64,000 bases of DNA from Paraspadella gotoi (Eukaryota > Animalia > Chaetognatha). The first letter of the stretch is position 1. Every line of letters starts with the position of its first letter. The stretch is from contig CM119268.1 in the NCBI GenBank assembly GCA_051294375.1, positions 6,734,676-6,798,675 on the forward strand, written 5' to 3'. The position numbers and the translations under genes are program-made. A model generated the notes under the pieces. The model made no database searches. It saw only the letters and a list, made by a program, of their open reading frames with translations, and was not told the origin of the DNA. Positions 1 to 12,300 of this stretch are shown here, in pieces.

Positions 1-588
1 ATGAATCTGAATACCATATGGGAAACCAGGTTAAAAAGTTTTATTTCATTTAATCATTCTCTGATCATCTAAGGCAAGAAAGACTGGCTGTTTTAATTCC
101 CTTCCGAGTTTACTTATTTTAAACCACCAGGAAAGCATAAAGTTATAACGTAATAACCTTAAAATAAATATGACTTAACCACAGGTAAACAACAGTTAGT
201 TTTAAAAAGGACCTTTCTGCGTAGACCCCAAATTTTCTGAGTTGGCTTGTCCGACGTACTATTTATGACGTCGGATACGGACAAACGAATATGAATCTAA
301 ATTCATAAAGATAATAAAGATATCGCAAATCTTTCATAAATGATTAAACGACTGTTTTAAAAAAAGGGGTGTATGATCGATTGATCTAATCTGACTCGAA
401 ATTGTCGGACTCAGAGATCTTCCCGTTTCAGATAAGAACCAGAGCGACTAGGTTGCGATCGACTCCGCGACGACGTGACTCATCATTTTTCCCAAGACGA
501 ATTCCTACGAGAATTTAACGGAAACTTTTATTCTATTGGAGAATATAAGCGACGGAAAAAAAGACTTCTTCTCTGGCTTTCCACCATC

Positions 589-1167
589 ATGTCTCCCTTA
601 TTCGTCTATATCGTATCTGCGGCTGCATTGCTGAAGGTCGTCTGGGCGGCCTCACTGACGCCCTCGCCCACTAACACATCGATTTCTTCGACCCCGGTGC
701 CCTCACTGGACGAGCGGTGCGCAAAGGCTGTCTCCAACGAATCCGATGCCGACGACAACTGTAACTCCTGCGTATCAGCAGAAGATGGCCAATGCTACTA
801 TTGCTACGTGGACAAAAGCTGCCGGGGTTTTTTCACCACCAACATCTTCCACACGCCCAAAGAATGTGCCTATACCCAAGCGCGAATCTGGAACTGCTCC
901 ATCAATCTCCAGGTCATGGCCATCACGCTGATGTCGGCCTTCGGAGTTCTGCTACTGCTGATCCTTTGCTGCTGTTGTTACTGTTGCTGTTGTCGACGCT
1001 CGGAGGGAACGACGCGGTGGAAAAAGGAGCTGAAGCGGCTGGAGGACGACCGAAAGCGTAGAAAGGAACAGGCGGATGAACGAAGAAAGGAAAGAGAAGC
1101 CCGTTACGAGGAGATCCGGCGGAAGTACGGACTCAACGACTCCAAACCGGGATACAAGCGGATGTAG
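589..1167 (+). CDS. PTTG1IP: Pituitary tumor-transforming gene 1-interacting protein (PBF)-like type I membrane protein, 192 aa, single coding exon
   Basis: First ATG in the ORF at 589. Signal peptide, then a Cys-rich PSI-like ectodomain (CNSCVS..CYYCYVDKSC..C..ARIWNCSIN), a TM helix followed by a Cys cluster (CCCCYCCCC), a basic coiled coil, and a C-terminus EIRRKYGL...YKRM matching the family EIRKKYGL...YARF YxxPhi motif. AATAAA at 1247-1252. Confidence 0.92.
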   Translation: MSPLFVYIVSAAALLKVVWAASLTPSPTNTSISSTPVPSLDERCAKAVSNESDADDNCNSCVSAEDGQCYYCYVDKSCRGFFTTNIFHTPKECAYTQARIWNCSINLQVMAITLMSAFGVLLLLILCCCCYCCCCRRSEGTTRWKKELKRLEDDRKRRKEQADERRKEREARYEEIRRKYGLNDSKPGYKRM

Positions 1168-1510
1168 TTGATGAAGCAAGTTGGACGAGAAGACGCGAGC
1201 CGAGACTGTCTGCTTTTCGGAAAAGGGGAATCCAATTTTAAACCTTAATAAAAATTAAATTGTGACAAAATCAAAACAGCTAATCGAGTTCGTAGATCTT
1301 TTTTTTGTGATTTTGGTTTATTCTACTTGAAAACGTTCATTGTTTCGCTTTTCCATGCCCCCTGTTTTTATGATCAATTACTTTCTGGTGAAAAAAAAGT
1401 TTTTATTTCACCCGCATTGTTGGTAGAATCGTATTTCTTGCACAGGCGAGATATTTTTAGCTTAACATATTTCTTTTGCTGGTTAGTTTCGGAAAAGTAA
1501 AGTTCGAAAG

Positions 1511-4500
1511 ATGTGGGGCATGCTTATTTTCGACATGGTGAGTAGCGACGTCGTTTATTACGACATGGACTCTGCTTACCACGATTATCTCGTGGACCTG
1601 GCCGTAAAGCGTCATCTATTGTCGGCGACATCGGCGCGATCATGTGGCCCGAACGATGACGACTGGATGAACGCTTTGATGCAAATCTTCTCTAGCCTCG
1701 TTCAATCACAGAGCGTCATGCAGGCAAGGTTATTGGAGATACCAATCTGATAGGCAATAAGGAATACTCCGCTTCCTCAGGCCAACTTCAAAAACACCTA
1801 CAAGTCGGCTCGGCTCGACGGAGGAACTCAACTGGTCTTCCACATTTACGACAAGTTTCTTTTTATCAACACAAGACGAAAACAAACCGACGACGGAGAC
1901 GAGGTGGTAGATGAATCTTTCGAACGACGGATGGCTTTAGAACTCATCGTCCTTCATAAGATCGTCCACTTTCTCCATGGACCCGCCTTCCAGAAGTTGA
2001 AGCCAATCGTCGTCGGCAACCGAGTGGATGAATGGAGGCGAATTCAGGGGATTTTTCAAGCTTGGTAAATGGTAAACCAAGCACAAATTTTTCTGGATTT
2101 GAATGCTTTATTCCTTGAAAAATTGGTAAGGTGGACGCTGTACGAATTGGAGACATCCTTTCTGACACTGTCAACGGAGCATCTGAACTTTAACGAGTTT
2201 ACAATGAGGAAGATAGAACAGGTGACAAGTAAACTTTTACACCGATTACCGTAGGCACGAAGACTTATTGTTGTTTGCTAAATGGGGCAAATTAGCACGT
2301 ATTCTCAGGTTCTTCGAATGTCTGTTGGCGAACTCGAAAGAATAGGCGACAAGAAAGTCACGCATGCTTTTCTCATTTCCGGCGCCAAGGTCAGAGCGGT
2401 TCGGTTTTAGAGTGGAAAGTAGGTTATAATAATAATAACTTATATATAGGAATGTCGCCCTATTTTAATGAAACATTGCTAATGAAATAAAAAAGACGAT
2501 GTTGTTGGCAGAAAACATAAAACTTAACTGCTGCGAACAGAATTGATATAGACATTTACTTTTGAACCATACGGAATTCATATTTTTCTTCCCGGTCAAG
2601 ATCATTTCCCACTATGTGTCCTCGCTTGGTCTCGGCTACGATGCCGTCGGTTCCGCTGGGGCCGGAATCGGTCCCGCTCGATTCAACCGTGATATGGAGG
2701 CGCTTCGTCTGGGGATGAAGCAGACGATTCAGCCGCACGACGTGCTGCTAATTCTCGCTCTTATTCAGTACTATTATGGAACTGGTGACGTCGGTGACAT
2801 AATTCGGGTATGTAGAAATTTTGCGCGAATTGATATACAATAAAAATATCTTTAGAGACAAAATTTGTACATAATAGCGGTATTAAAAATAAGCATGAAG
2901 TTAAAACTTCATAAATACTTCATCTTTACTCAGGGTGACTTGATCAAATTCACGGCTAAAAGAAACTCCGCGTCATCGGAGGGGAGAAGCACTTTTGAGA
3001 GCGACGTCGAGGCGAGCGGGGTCTTCGGGAGATTTTGAATCTTGTTGAGATAGCTGGATTGGCGGGTTCTCTAACTTCTCCGAATCGTCGTCCCAGACGT
3101 TTTGCGACGATGACGAAGATGACGACGTTTTAACCGAAGAATTTTACGACACGGACGCTGACGTCGGCGCCGTTCACTTTGACGACGTTGGTGTGGCGAG
3201 ATTTGAAAAAAGCAGTGCCACCGATGGCGCTGCTAGCGGCTCGGGCGGAAGCGAGGAGGTTTATCACAGCTCGAAGGACGAAGACAGGTTTGTTGGGCAT
3301 TTTTTTTAGGAATGACATCTAGTCTGTGAGTGTTAGTTGTCAACTTCTAATGGACCACCTCACACTATCGTAGCGGTGAAGATCCAGATCCTGAGACCCA
3401 AAAATTTTTATCCACTTTCGCTCCGAATGAATTTCCATCACGCATCACTCTTGACGTCGGGGCCAAGCGATGCCCCTTGGATGTTTCCTCAATCAGAGGT
3501 TAGTGTGAATTGGGGTACTTTAATACTAAGGATAGGGATTTTAAAATATGCTGATGGGTTTTAAACTTAAAAATTCAAACTGGTATATTAAGGAAGCTCA
3601 CTCATTTGTTGTTTTAGTCTCCTAATTTTTTTTTCTTATATGTCTTCTGGTGTTTTAACAATACCCGTTTAATTTCAAAGAAGTTAGTGTTCAAAATTTT
3701 AACCTCACTCATAAGTTATTATTACATATATTTTCTACCATTTATGAGTTACAGACGGTCCCGAGTTCGCAGATTCGTTGGACATAATCACTTGGACGAT
3801 CTTTTTGACTTTTGCCGGCGACGCGTTTCACCCACACAAGATTCACCTCGTTCCCATTCACCAAGGAATCGTTTTGGTCATCCTCACGGCTTTGGGTGAG
3901 AATCTGGCAGTGCTCAGCCATAATTTTATGATTTTAAAATCAGTGCATTTCAGGGACCCGTGCTCATTACAGCGCGCTTAATCGATGCCTGAAACTGTTT
4001 CAACAGCTTCTGAACGTTAATGACAAGAACTATCAGGTGGAACGATTAGTTTCAATTGATTCTTTGATGGAGTGATTGTATGTATTGTATTGATATATAG
4101 ACCTCTCATTTCGCTAGCCTCCCACCTTGCCAAAACTTGAGGCTGCTGTCAAAGGATGTGCTCAAGTCATGCGACAAGTTAAGCTCTCGTCAGACTCGAT
4201 ACTCAACCTGTGGGGCCGAATCAAAGACAAGGGAAAGCTACAGGTTTGAGCGCTTTTGACCTTTTTGTCTGAACCCTGAAATGCTGATTACCATCCTATA
4301 TCTTTTAGACTTATTTGGAAAACGCGACTAAACCGCGAAGCCCAAGCGGGTGTAGCCGTTTCCCACCGCGAAGATCCTTATCGAAAAGCGAGGAGCCCGC
4401 AATCATGTCTCCACTCCTGGAGAATCTCCTCAGCAGTTTCGTCGAGAAAGTCAAGAGCGGCTTGATGCACTACAAGGATCTTCGGAACGACCGGTTGCCT

Positions 4501-5502
4501 TCAGAGGAAAAGTACGCTAATAAACTTTACGCCATGCAAAAGTTTCATCTTATGCCCATGTTGCACGATTTCAAGGAGTTTCTACAGGTGATACGAATTC
4601 AACTGAGATTGCCCATTAGTTTAAAAGCTATTCTGGTGTTTCTGGGAAGGATTTTATTATTTAGGCAGATTTTTAATTTTTTTTAAATTTTATTTGTTCA
4701 TGTTTAAGATAAAAAGTTGGCAAAACACTACTGGCTCTCATTACATCGAGCTCTATCCCGGACTTGTTCACTTTATTTTCGTGGACAGACTTACGAACCA
4801 TCTTGTGGCTCCCTCTTTGGACTTGGCCACTCCAGTTACAGACGATAATAAAAAAGACAACGTCGACAAGTTGAAAGGTGGGTAACATCAACATTAACAG
4901 CGACAAAAATGTATAAGTTTATGTCCAACAAACATTAAACAAATTTAATTATTAGTGAATAGTTTTCAGTGGTATTAGTGCATGACTATTCGAGTTTTTC
5001 ATTTTCTGACAATTTAAGCAAACCCGATAACTTAGTTGAAAGAAACAAGTTGTATAAAAATTACAATATAAATATTAACAAAGTATTGAAAGAGCTAAAT
5101 TTTTATTCAAATCCCATAATTTCAGCCATAATTTGGTCCAAGTTCGAATGGTGTCGGCAGCAACTTCAGTGCGGCTTTCGAACCCTTACCCTCGTGGAAG
5201 ATCCCTTCCAGTTCTCCTATTTCGTTGTTTCGGGTCACGTCAGCGAAGCTCTGCCATCGTCGTCACCGGCGACTCGGACGCCAACGCTGCTGTCGCCGAT
5301 CGCCGTGACGCCGATATCGGTCAACGTTGACGAAACACGACATTCCGTCATGTCCCATCCGCAGGTCATTCTCATCAAATTAGAAATACTCGTTAATGGT
5401 GATCACTTATTTTATGGAGGCTAATTTAATAATGTATGTTTGTTTGGGTTGGTCTGTCTGTCTCTGTCTGTCTTTTTTTCTTCTTCTTTCTTTCTTCTTT
5501 CT

Positions 5503-5546
<44 letters not shown>

Positions 5547-6047
5547 TTTCTTTCTTTTTTCTTTTTCTTTCTTTCTTTCTTTCTTTCTTTTATTTTTTCT
5601 TTCTTTCTTTTTTTTATTTCTTTATTTCTTTCTCTCCACTCTTTTTTTCTATTCATTTTTCTTAGTATATAAATTTTTTTCCCCTTTTTCTTCTGTTCTT
5701 TATTTTTTTCCCTTTCTTATTTTTTCCATTTTTTATGAAAATTGGCGAAATTACTTGTTTTTATAATTATAAAGGTTTTAATATTTAATCTATATTATTT
5801 AATTATATATATTGCTTTTTAAATTTTTAAAAATATTTCTTCTTTTCTCTTTCTTCAGGATTTTTTTCTGTCCGTCCTAAAATCGACGCTCGCCCCCTCG
5901 GTGACGGTCCCGTCATCATCAAACGCTTTAACCGGCGCCGACGTCGTTTGCGTGGAACTCTTCGCCGTCCATCTCGATGAAGTCCCTAGGAGCGTCATCT
6001 TCCGCCACGCCTCCGCCCTCTTAGACGAATTAAGAGCGCGCGAGTAA
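1511..6047 (+). CDS. HPS1: Hermansky-Pudlak syndrome 1 protein (BLOC-3 subunit), ~831 aa, 15 exons
   Basis: Phase-consistent exons 1511-1723, 1781-2064, 2131-2221, 2309-2389, 2601-2807, 2934-3011, 3097-3287, 3374-3498, 3755-3895, 3954-4036, 4118-4243, 4309-4587, 4709-4877, 5126-5364, 5859-6047. HPS1-like motifs: THAFLISGAKIISHY, IQPHDVLLILALIQ, PHKIHLVPIHQGIVLVILT, YPGLVHFIFVDR..LVAPSL, GFRTLTLVEDPFQFSYF, CVELFAVHL. Introns 1 and 6 use GC donors. Confidence 0.92.
5470..5760. repeat. (TTTC)n / T-rich low-complexity tract in the last HPS1 intron
   Basis: Directly visible; explains several spurious F/S/L-rich and K/E/R-rich ORFs. Confidence 0.9.
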
Positions 6048-6289
6048 CGAGAACTTGTTGGAGATGCGGGGAGAATCAGAATCGAGCAGCGACGACAACA
6101 ACAACGATAACGACCAAATTTTTCCCGTGACTGACTATAAACTGTATTCCTTATTCCTTATGGCTTTTCATATGGAAATTAAAACTTTTTTGATTTCAAT
6201 CTGCGAAAATAACTTCTCAAAAATGCATTCGCATTTAAAAAAAATTTGTACCACAAATGTTCGTGCAAATATCGCTTTTGGCGTCACAA

Positions 6290-7396
6290 TCACCAGTCTA
6301 CGCTCTACAATGTAAAATCAACATTATGAAGAATCTAATTAATTTTATTAAATTACTCACCCAATCCACATCGGGGTTTTGCAAGATGTTTGTCTCCCGC
6401 CATTTGTCGACAATCTTTTGTATCGTGAGCTTGTAGAGCTCCTGCGTCTCTGTCGGAGTCATGGCGACTGGATAGAACAGTAAATATGAATATATACCGC
6501 TTGTGAAAACGTTTACAAAAATTGATTGGGCAAGCAGCTTAGTTAATCAAAAAAGTTCCATATACTTGGTCCAACGCCGGGGCTGTAGTTGACGGCGCCC
6601 ACGCAGCCGATGTATCCTGAGTCCACCGTAGTTAAGCACTGGCCCGTCAAGTTCTTCCAATCCTGCAACCAACCTCGCGCGTTCTCGCAACCGCTGAAGA
6701 ATCGACCCGCTTCCGTCGTCAGGTAGTCGCGGTCCCAACCCTTCGTGTGAGACATTAAATATTTGGCTTACCAATATCATATAAGCGGAGTGATGGGAAT
6801 ACAGTTAAGTTTGTCATTCTAAATTAACAAATGAACAAATTAACAGTAGGCATTAAAGTATTATCATAATTAGATAAAATCTCAAATTTTGGTACCTAAA
6901 AGAGACGGACTGACAATTTTCAAAAAAGAACGTAAGTTTCAAACCGCCCCCTTGTCACGCCCCTTCAAAAATTCTCTACCTTCATATTCTCAATGAACTG
7001 TTTGAGCAGTGATGACACATGTTCTTGCGCCCAAGGGGGAGTCGCATATCCAAGTTTGTCTGGAGATTGACCTGTCAAGAAAATTTCGTATTCTGCCAGT
7101 CATTTAGAATGGTTTACTGACATAGCTAGTATCTAACTAGTTCTTATTGGCTTGTATAAATTCATAAACATCGTTTAAATGTTAAACATGTTACTGATGT
7201 TAGAATCAAAATGTTAGGTAAATATTTCCTTTGTTCGAGGGGTGAAACTTATATTGCACGGTTAAAGGCGATTTTGGTTCTTGTAGTAGTTGAGTTAAAC
7301 AGAGTTTGTTTTTTAACGTTCTTCAATCTTCAGTTAATAACTTTTGTGACGACTTTGTAAAGGAGTCTTATTACCTTTGGTGAAAGCCTCCGACAT
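6290..7396 (-). CDS. Uncharacterised 136-aa protein, 5 exons
   Basis: Exons 7396-7375, 7071-6980, 6740-6566, 6467-6361, 6304-6290; all GT-AG and phase-consistent (411 nt). Translation: MSEAFTKGQSPDKLGYATPPWAQEHVSSLLKQFIENMKGWDRDYLTTEAGRFFSGCENARGWLQDWKNLTGQCLTTVDSGYIGCVGAVNYSPGVGPIAMTPTETQELYKLTIQKIVDKWRETNILQNPDVDWSVDW. Exons are GC-richer than the introns. Family not recognised. Confidence 0.8.
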
Positions 7397-7738
7397 GAGA
7401 GTAAAAAATCCGAAATTACGACGGAAATGGAAATGTTTTCGGCCACATTTCGAAGTTGTTATTTTTTAAGTTTTTTAATATAAATTTAATTGGAACAATA
7501 TTTTTAAAGGACGAAGAAAGATTTATTGCGAACCACGACGCTCAAACGCAAAAAAAAAAATCAGTGACCGTCATTTAAGTCATCGTTTCGTAGTTTCTTC
7601 TCGTCCTTCTGGAATTATTCATTGGGATTTTCTCAAGTAAAAACTTCTCATCTATTCTTTCGAGTTTTCGGTGACGAGCCGTGCAAAGCAGGGATAGGAG
7701 GGAGTGAATCACCAAAACAGAAAAATATCGGGAGAAAG

Positions 7739-7785
<47 letters not shown>

Positions 7786-9067
7786 GGATCGAAAAACAAA
7801 ATAAAATCGGGTGCGAATAAGGAAAACTTACGAAATCACAAGTAACGAAGAAAGTGATTGTAAGCGACCTTTTAAACGTTCCGAGTGACGTCACGCAAAA
7901 CAGGATCACCCTAATCCTTATTTTGCTAATTTTCGATAATATATAGAAAATGGTAACTAATTTTTTACTTATTTTACTATTAACATTCATTTATTCGGTC
8001 AATAATTCAATTCAAAGCTCTTTTTTTATTTTCGTTAATGAGCTGAAAGTTTTTCTTGCGTTATCGTATCTATTTCTCCCAGATTATTTGTTTGTTATGA
8101 TTCACATGAAGGATAAAAGAAGTTCCTCGAGTTGAGATTCCGGAACTAAAATTCATTCGTTTAGCTTTAATTTTGATTTAGCAAAATACTCGCTTTTAAT
8201 CCACAGCAAAGTTAGGATCTTAGTCGAGGAAATCGGAAAATTATTGGAATAAATACAATATAATATAAGGTTTTAACTTTTATATTTTTTATACATATTC
8301 GGATAGTCCCTTGGCAGTTTATACATTTTTTTCCTTTTCGAAAAGAAAATGATAATTTGATAAATAAATTTATGGCACAATAAATTATTTATCATATACT
8401 TCTCTTCTTCTAGTAGTAGATGAAATCAACAGATTGTTTCATTTTTTGCAACAATCACACACAAAAAAAAGTCCCGAGAGTTTAACCTGCTCTGTACTTC
8501 TATTTTCTGAAATTCCATAAACATTGTGGAAATGGCAACAAATACTTATATCGACGTCGAATAACTTGGTCACTGACATCGCGTGACGAGCTGTTGCTCT
8601 TTTATTTCGTTCGCCGGCGAATTCGCTCCTCAAAAGACAAAGCACTGATACTGTTTAAAAAAAAAAAAGACAAAAAAAGCAAAAAAAAAAAAAGACAAAA
8701 CAGGGATCTTTACTCTTAAGAATGCCATCAACTACGACAAAAATTTTTTTGAATAACGGTTAGATATTACTTTCACTTTGTAATATATATGTATGTTCAA
8801 ATGTACTTCATTAAATATTTACTGCAACCCAATAATTGTCAAGCTTTTTCACGAAAATGTATCATATTTCTATATTTACATTGAAAATATATTTGTATCC
8901 TTAACTATCCTTATTGTTAATAAATATTACTATTTTTAGAAAGAAGTTATGCAACTAATTTTTTGGGCAAGGTTATATAATTTTGGCCGGCAAAGAATGG
9001 GAGAGTCGAGAACGCGAAAAGGAAAAAAAATCAATTTAATGCGGAGAGCGAAGAAAAAGAGAGAGAG

Positions 9068-9112
<45 letters not shown>

Positions 9113-9381
9113 GAATATATCACAAACAACAGAGACGGAGACGATAGAATCCTTTCGTGCGATCGCGATCGTCTCATCGTCGTCCCCCCCCCCCTTTTTC
9201 GAAGTCCATCCCTTCATTCCGCCGCGCGGAGGCATAAACCGTCCCGGCCTCTGACAAGGACGGAACTCACTCGTTCTCTCGATGCTGCAGTTCGGTAAGA
9301 CGAGAGCATTTCGGGTAAGTTCTCGCTCGGAGTGAAAGAGAGAGACAAGAGTCTCTTTCGTCTCCCTCGCTTCCCCTCCGG

Positions 9382-12300
9382 ATGATGGGAGGTGGGGATC
9401 GTCGAAAAAAGAAGGATAAACAGAAGGGACGCGACACCATGTACGATCAACAACCTTACCAGGGTAAGTAAAATCCAAAGATTAAATTGTTTGGAACCTT
9501 CTAAAATTTGTGGTTTTAAAATTTACATAAAAATATTTGGAGAAACAAAAGACCAAACAACTTCTTCCCTGGGGATTCCTCGCTCAGGCGTGCCCCAGCC
9601 TGGGGCGTTTTATGACCCAAGAATGCGGCACTCCCACGAAAATCTGGCGCAAGCTTATCGACCTTCTATGGTCGTTCAGTAAGTGAAACTGTGAAATTTC
9701 GCATTATAACAAAAGAAACTAAACATCGCTTACAAATACAAAAGTTTCTTAATTTCGTAGAAAATAGATAATGAGTAATTTTTTATTTTAACGAGCCGTA
9801 AAAGTACAAACTCAAATCAAAATGAATAAAAATCTTTCTTTTCTTTTGTTTTAAGGGATCCGAGCAGAATGTCGATGGTGCCATCGCAGCCAGGCGGTTA
9901 TCCCGGTTACGGTCCGTCGCCGGGACCGATGCCGGACATGCAGGCGAGGTAAGTCCCTCTTCCAAAACCAGATGATAGTCGGTGAGAGTCGGCGACAATT
10001 TCCCCCCCACACTTTACAAGCCCGTCCATGGATCCACGAGCGGACAGACTCGTGCAGATGGAACAGATGATGGAATCATTTCAGGGAGTTCTCAACAATC
10101 TCGTCTCGACTCTGTCAAAGGTAAGTTCGCTGAGGATTTGAGTGGTGGATATCTTAGGCGTTAGGAGGAGGAGAAAGATCTGTATGAATAATTTACATTA
10201 TGAGAAAATGTATAGAAGAAAATTAATTTTTATGTTCTTATATAAAAAAAAAAAAAATATGCAGCGTTGAAAAGAAAAACCTAGAGAAACTTAATTTCGA
10301 CTACAAGTTGTTCTTTTTTTAATGATATATTGTTTATTATAAATTGATTGCAATTCGAATCGTTTCTCAGATATTTTTGAAGCATCAAATGCATTAAAAC
10401 GTAAGTGATATCCGGATTTGTAATTTCGTTTTTAAAACTTTTCCCACCACAGCAAGAGGATCGCCTTCAGCAGATAGGCCCTATACAGGCCGCTGGTGGC
10501 GGCGGAGGCGGCGGGGGCGGAGCTGGCGCGGGGAGTCGGCCGCGCCAGGCGTCTGTGAGGAGGGTCAGCGGTCAATATCCACGAAACGATCCGGGCAGCG
10601 AAGACATTCGACGCTTCGTCATGGCAACGCCGCACACGCCGGTAGAGCGAGATAGAAAAAAAATAGTAGAGAAAAAAAAAATAAAGAGAGAAAGAAAGAA
10701 AGAAAGTGAGAAAAAATAAAGAAGAATAAGGTAAGGCTCACGAATAAGATCGTCCTATGAATTGCATACGAGAATGTTAGCTTTGGAAAAAATATGCAAA
10801 TTATAAACCGAACAGACGAATAGATCCATAAACGATGAATTCCTTTTCCTCAAGGAAAGCCCTCAGTCCGGTAGGCGTCGCTCTTTCTTCGACGATCGAG
10901 ACCGCGACGAAGACGACGACGCCCTCTTGACCGTCTTCAAGAAATCCAGCGCCAACGACAAAGTCACTCTCTTCCTCGGAAAGAGAGAAATCGTCGATCA
11001 CGGATCAAAGGTGAGTGGACCTCTTATTTGTTTTCTTAACATCGCATGGCCACTTTATAAATGTAAATTTTAACAATTTAAATTTAAATTTAAAAAAAAA
11101 TCATTTAATAAATAAGCTAATCGTTGGTTACAACATAATAACTTGGCAGGACCTAGCAAGTTTTCAATGAAGGCTATCTCACAGTCTAGTTTATTCACTC
11201 CCAGGGTACCTGACTTCGCTATCAATGAAGTGGTTTAATGTTTCAAACATCTTTCCTTAGTCCAAACTCCTGGCTTCATTCTCCTCTTCTCCCTTCCCCT
11301 CCCAGCAACCACCAGTCCTGGAGGGGGTGATCTTCGCTGACCTTGAGTTCGTGGGGAATCTCAAAGTCTTCGTACAGTTGATGGGATCCTTTGAATACGG
11401 AACGGCCGATCTCGACATCCTCGGTCTCAGCTTCCAGAAGGATCTCTACCGCTCGGTGCAACAGGCGAGTAAACCACAACGACAACGACAACCACAACGA
11501 CATATATAAAGAAAACTGACCGGAGTTTTTTTTTTTTTATTGTTTGGTGGATGTTCAAGATTTTTTTTTCGATATTGACACTAACTTTGTGGTAGTTCTC
11601 TGCCCGACGATTTTTTTGCTAAAATGTACAATTCCTGATAAAAATATCGAAAGAACAAACGAGAGCCCTCAACAATGGCGCGTTACAAATATTGTTTTAC
11701 TTTGTTACGATTTCGTCGACTTTAAACTTTCAGGTGTACCCGCCGCCAGAGGATGACACTCAACGAACTCTATCTCAGTTTCAACTGAATCTCATGGAAA
11801 AGTTGGGGAGCGATCATGCTTTTCCATTTTGGTTTGAGGTCAGTCAATTCTTAGCTAAATTCAAGATTCTTGATTTTCCGGTTTATTTGTTTGATGTAGT
11901 CTTTTAAAATATATAATGAAATATATAATAAAATATATAATAATATAATAATAATATATACGAGCGACGATATCTAACGACAAATCTTTCATTTTCTCTC
12001 AGATTGCGCCCAACACTCCGTCGTCCGTGACGCTTCAGCCCTACGGGTCGGACGGCGTCGAGGAGGCACCTTGCGGCATCTTCTACGCTCTAGAAGGTAG
12101 GGCTTTGGGCTTGCGGCTTTGGAATTACCAGGGCCTGGTGATTTCTCACCGGTACATAGAAATCAAGTGAATGAGACAACCGGTAAGATCCTTGGTTAGG
12201 TCGTCTCATAAACTTGGTTTTCGAATTCTGTTCTAGTTTAACTTAATTTTTTTAACTTAACTACAATTAAGCCCAAGACAATTGCTGCAATTTTTTTAAC

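Noticed and set aside
475-588. N-terminal extension of the PTTG1IP ORF in the ORF track
   Set aside because: Starts at GTG; the first ATG (589) directly precedes the signal peptide.
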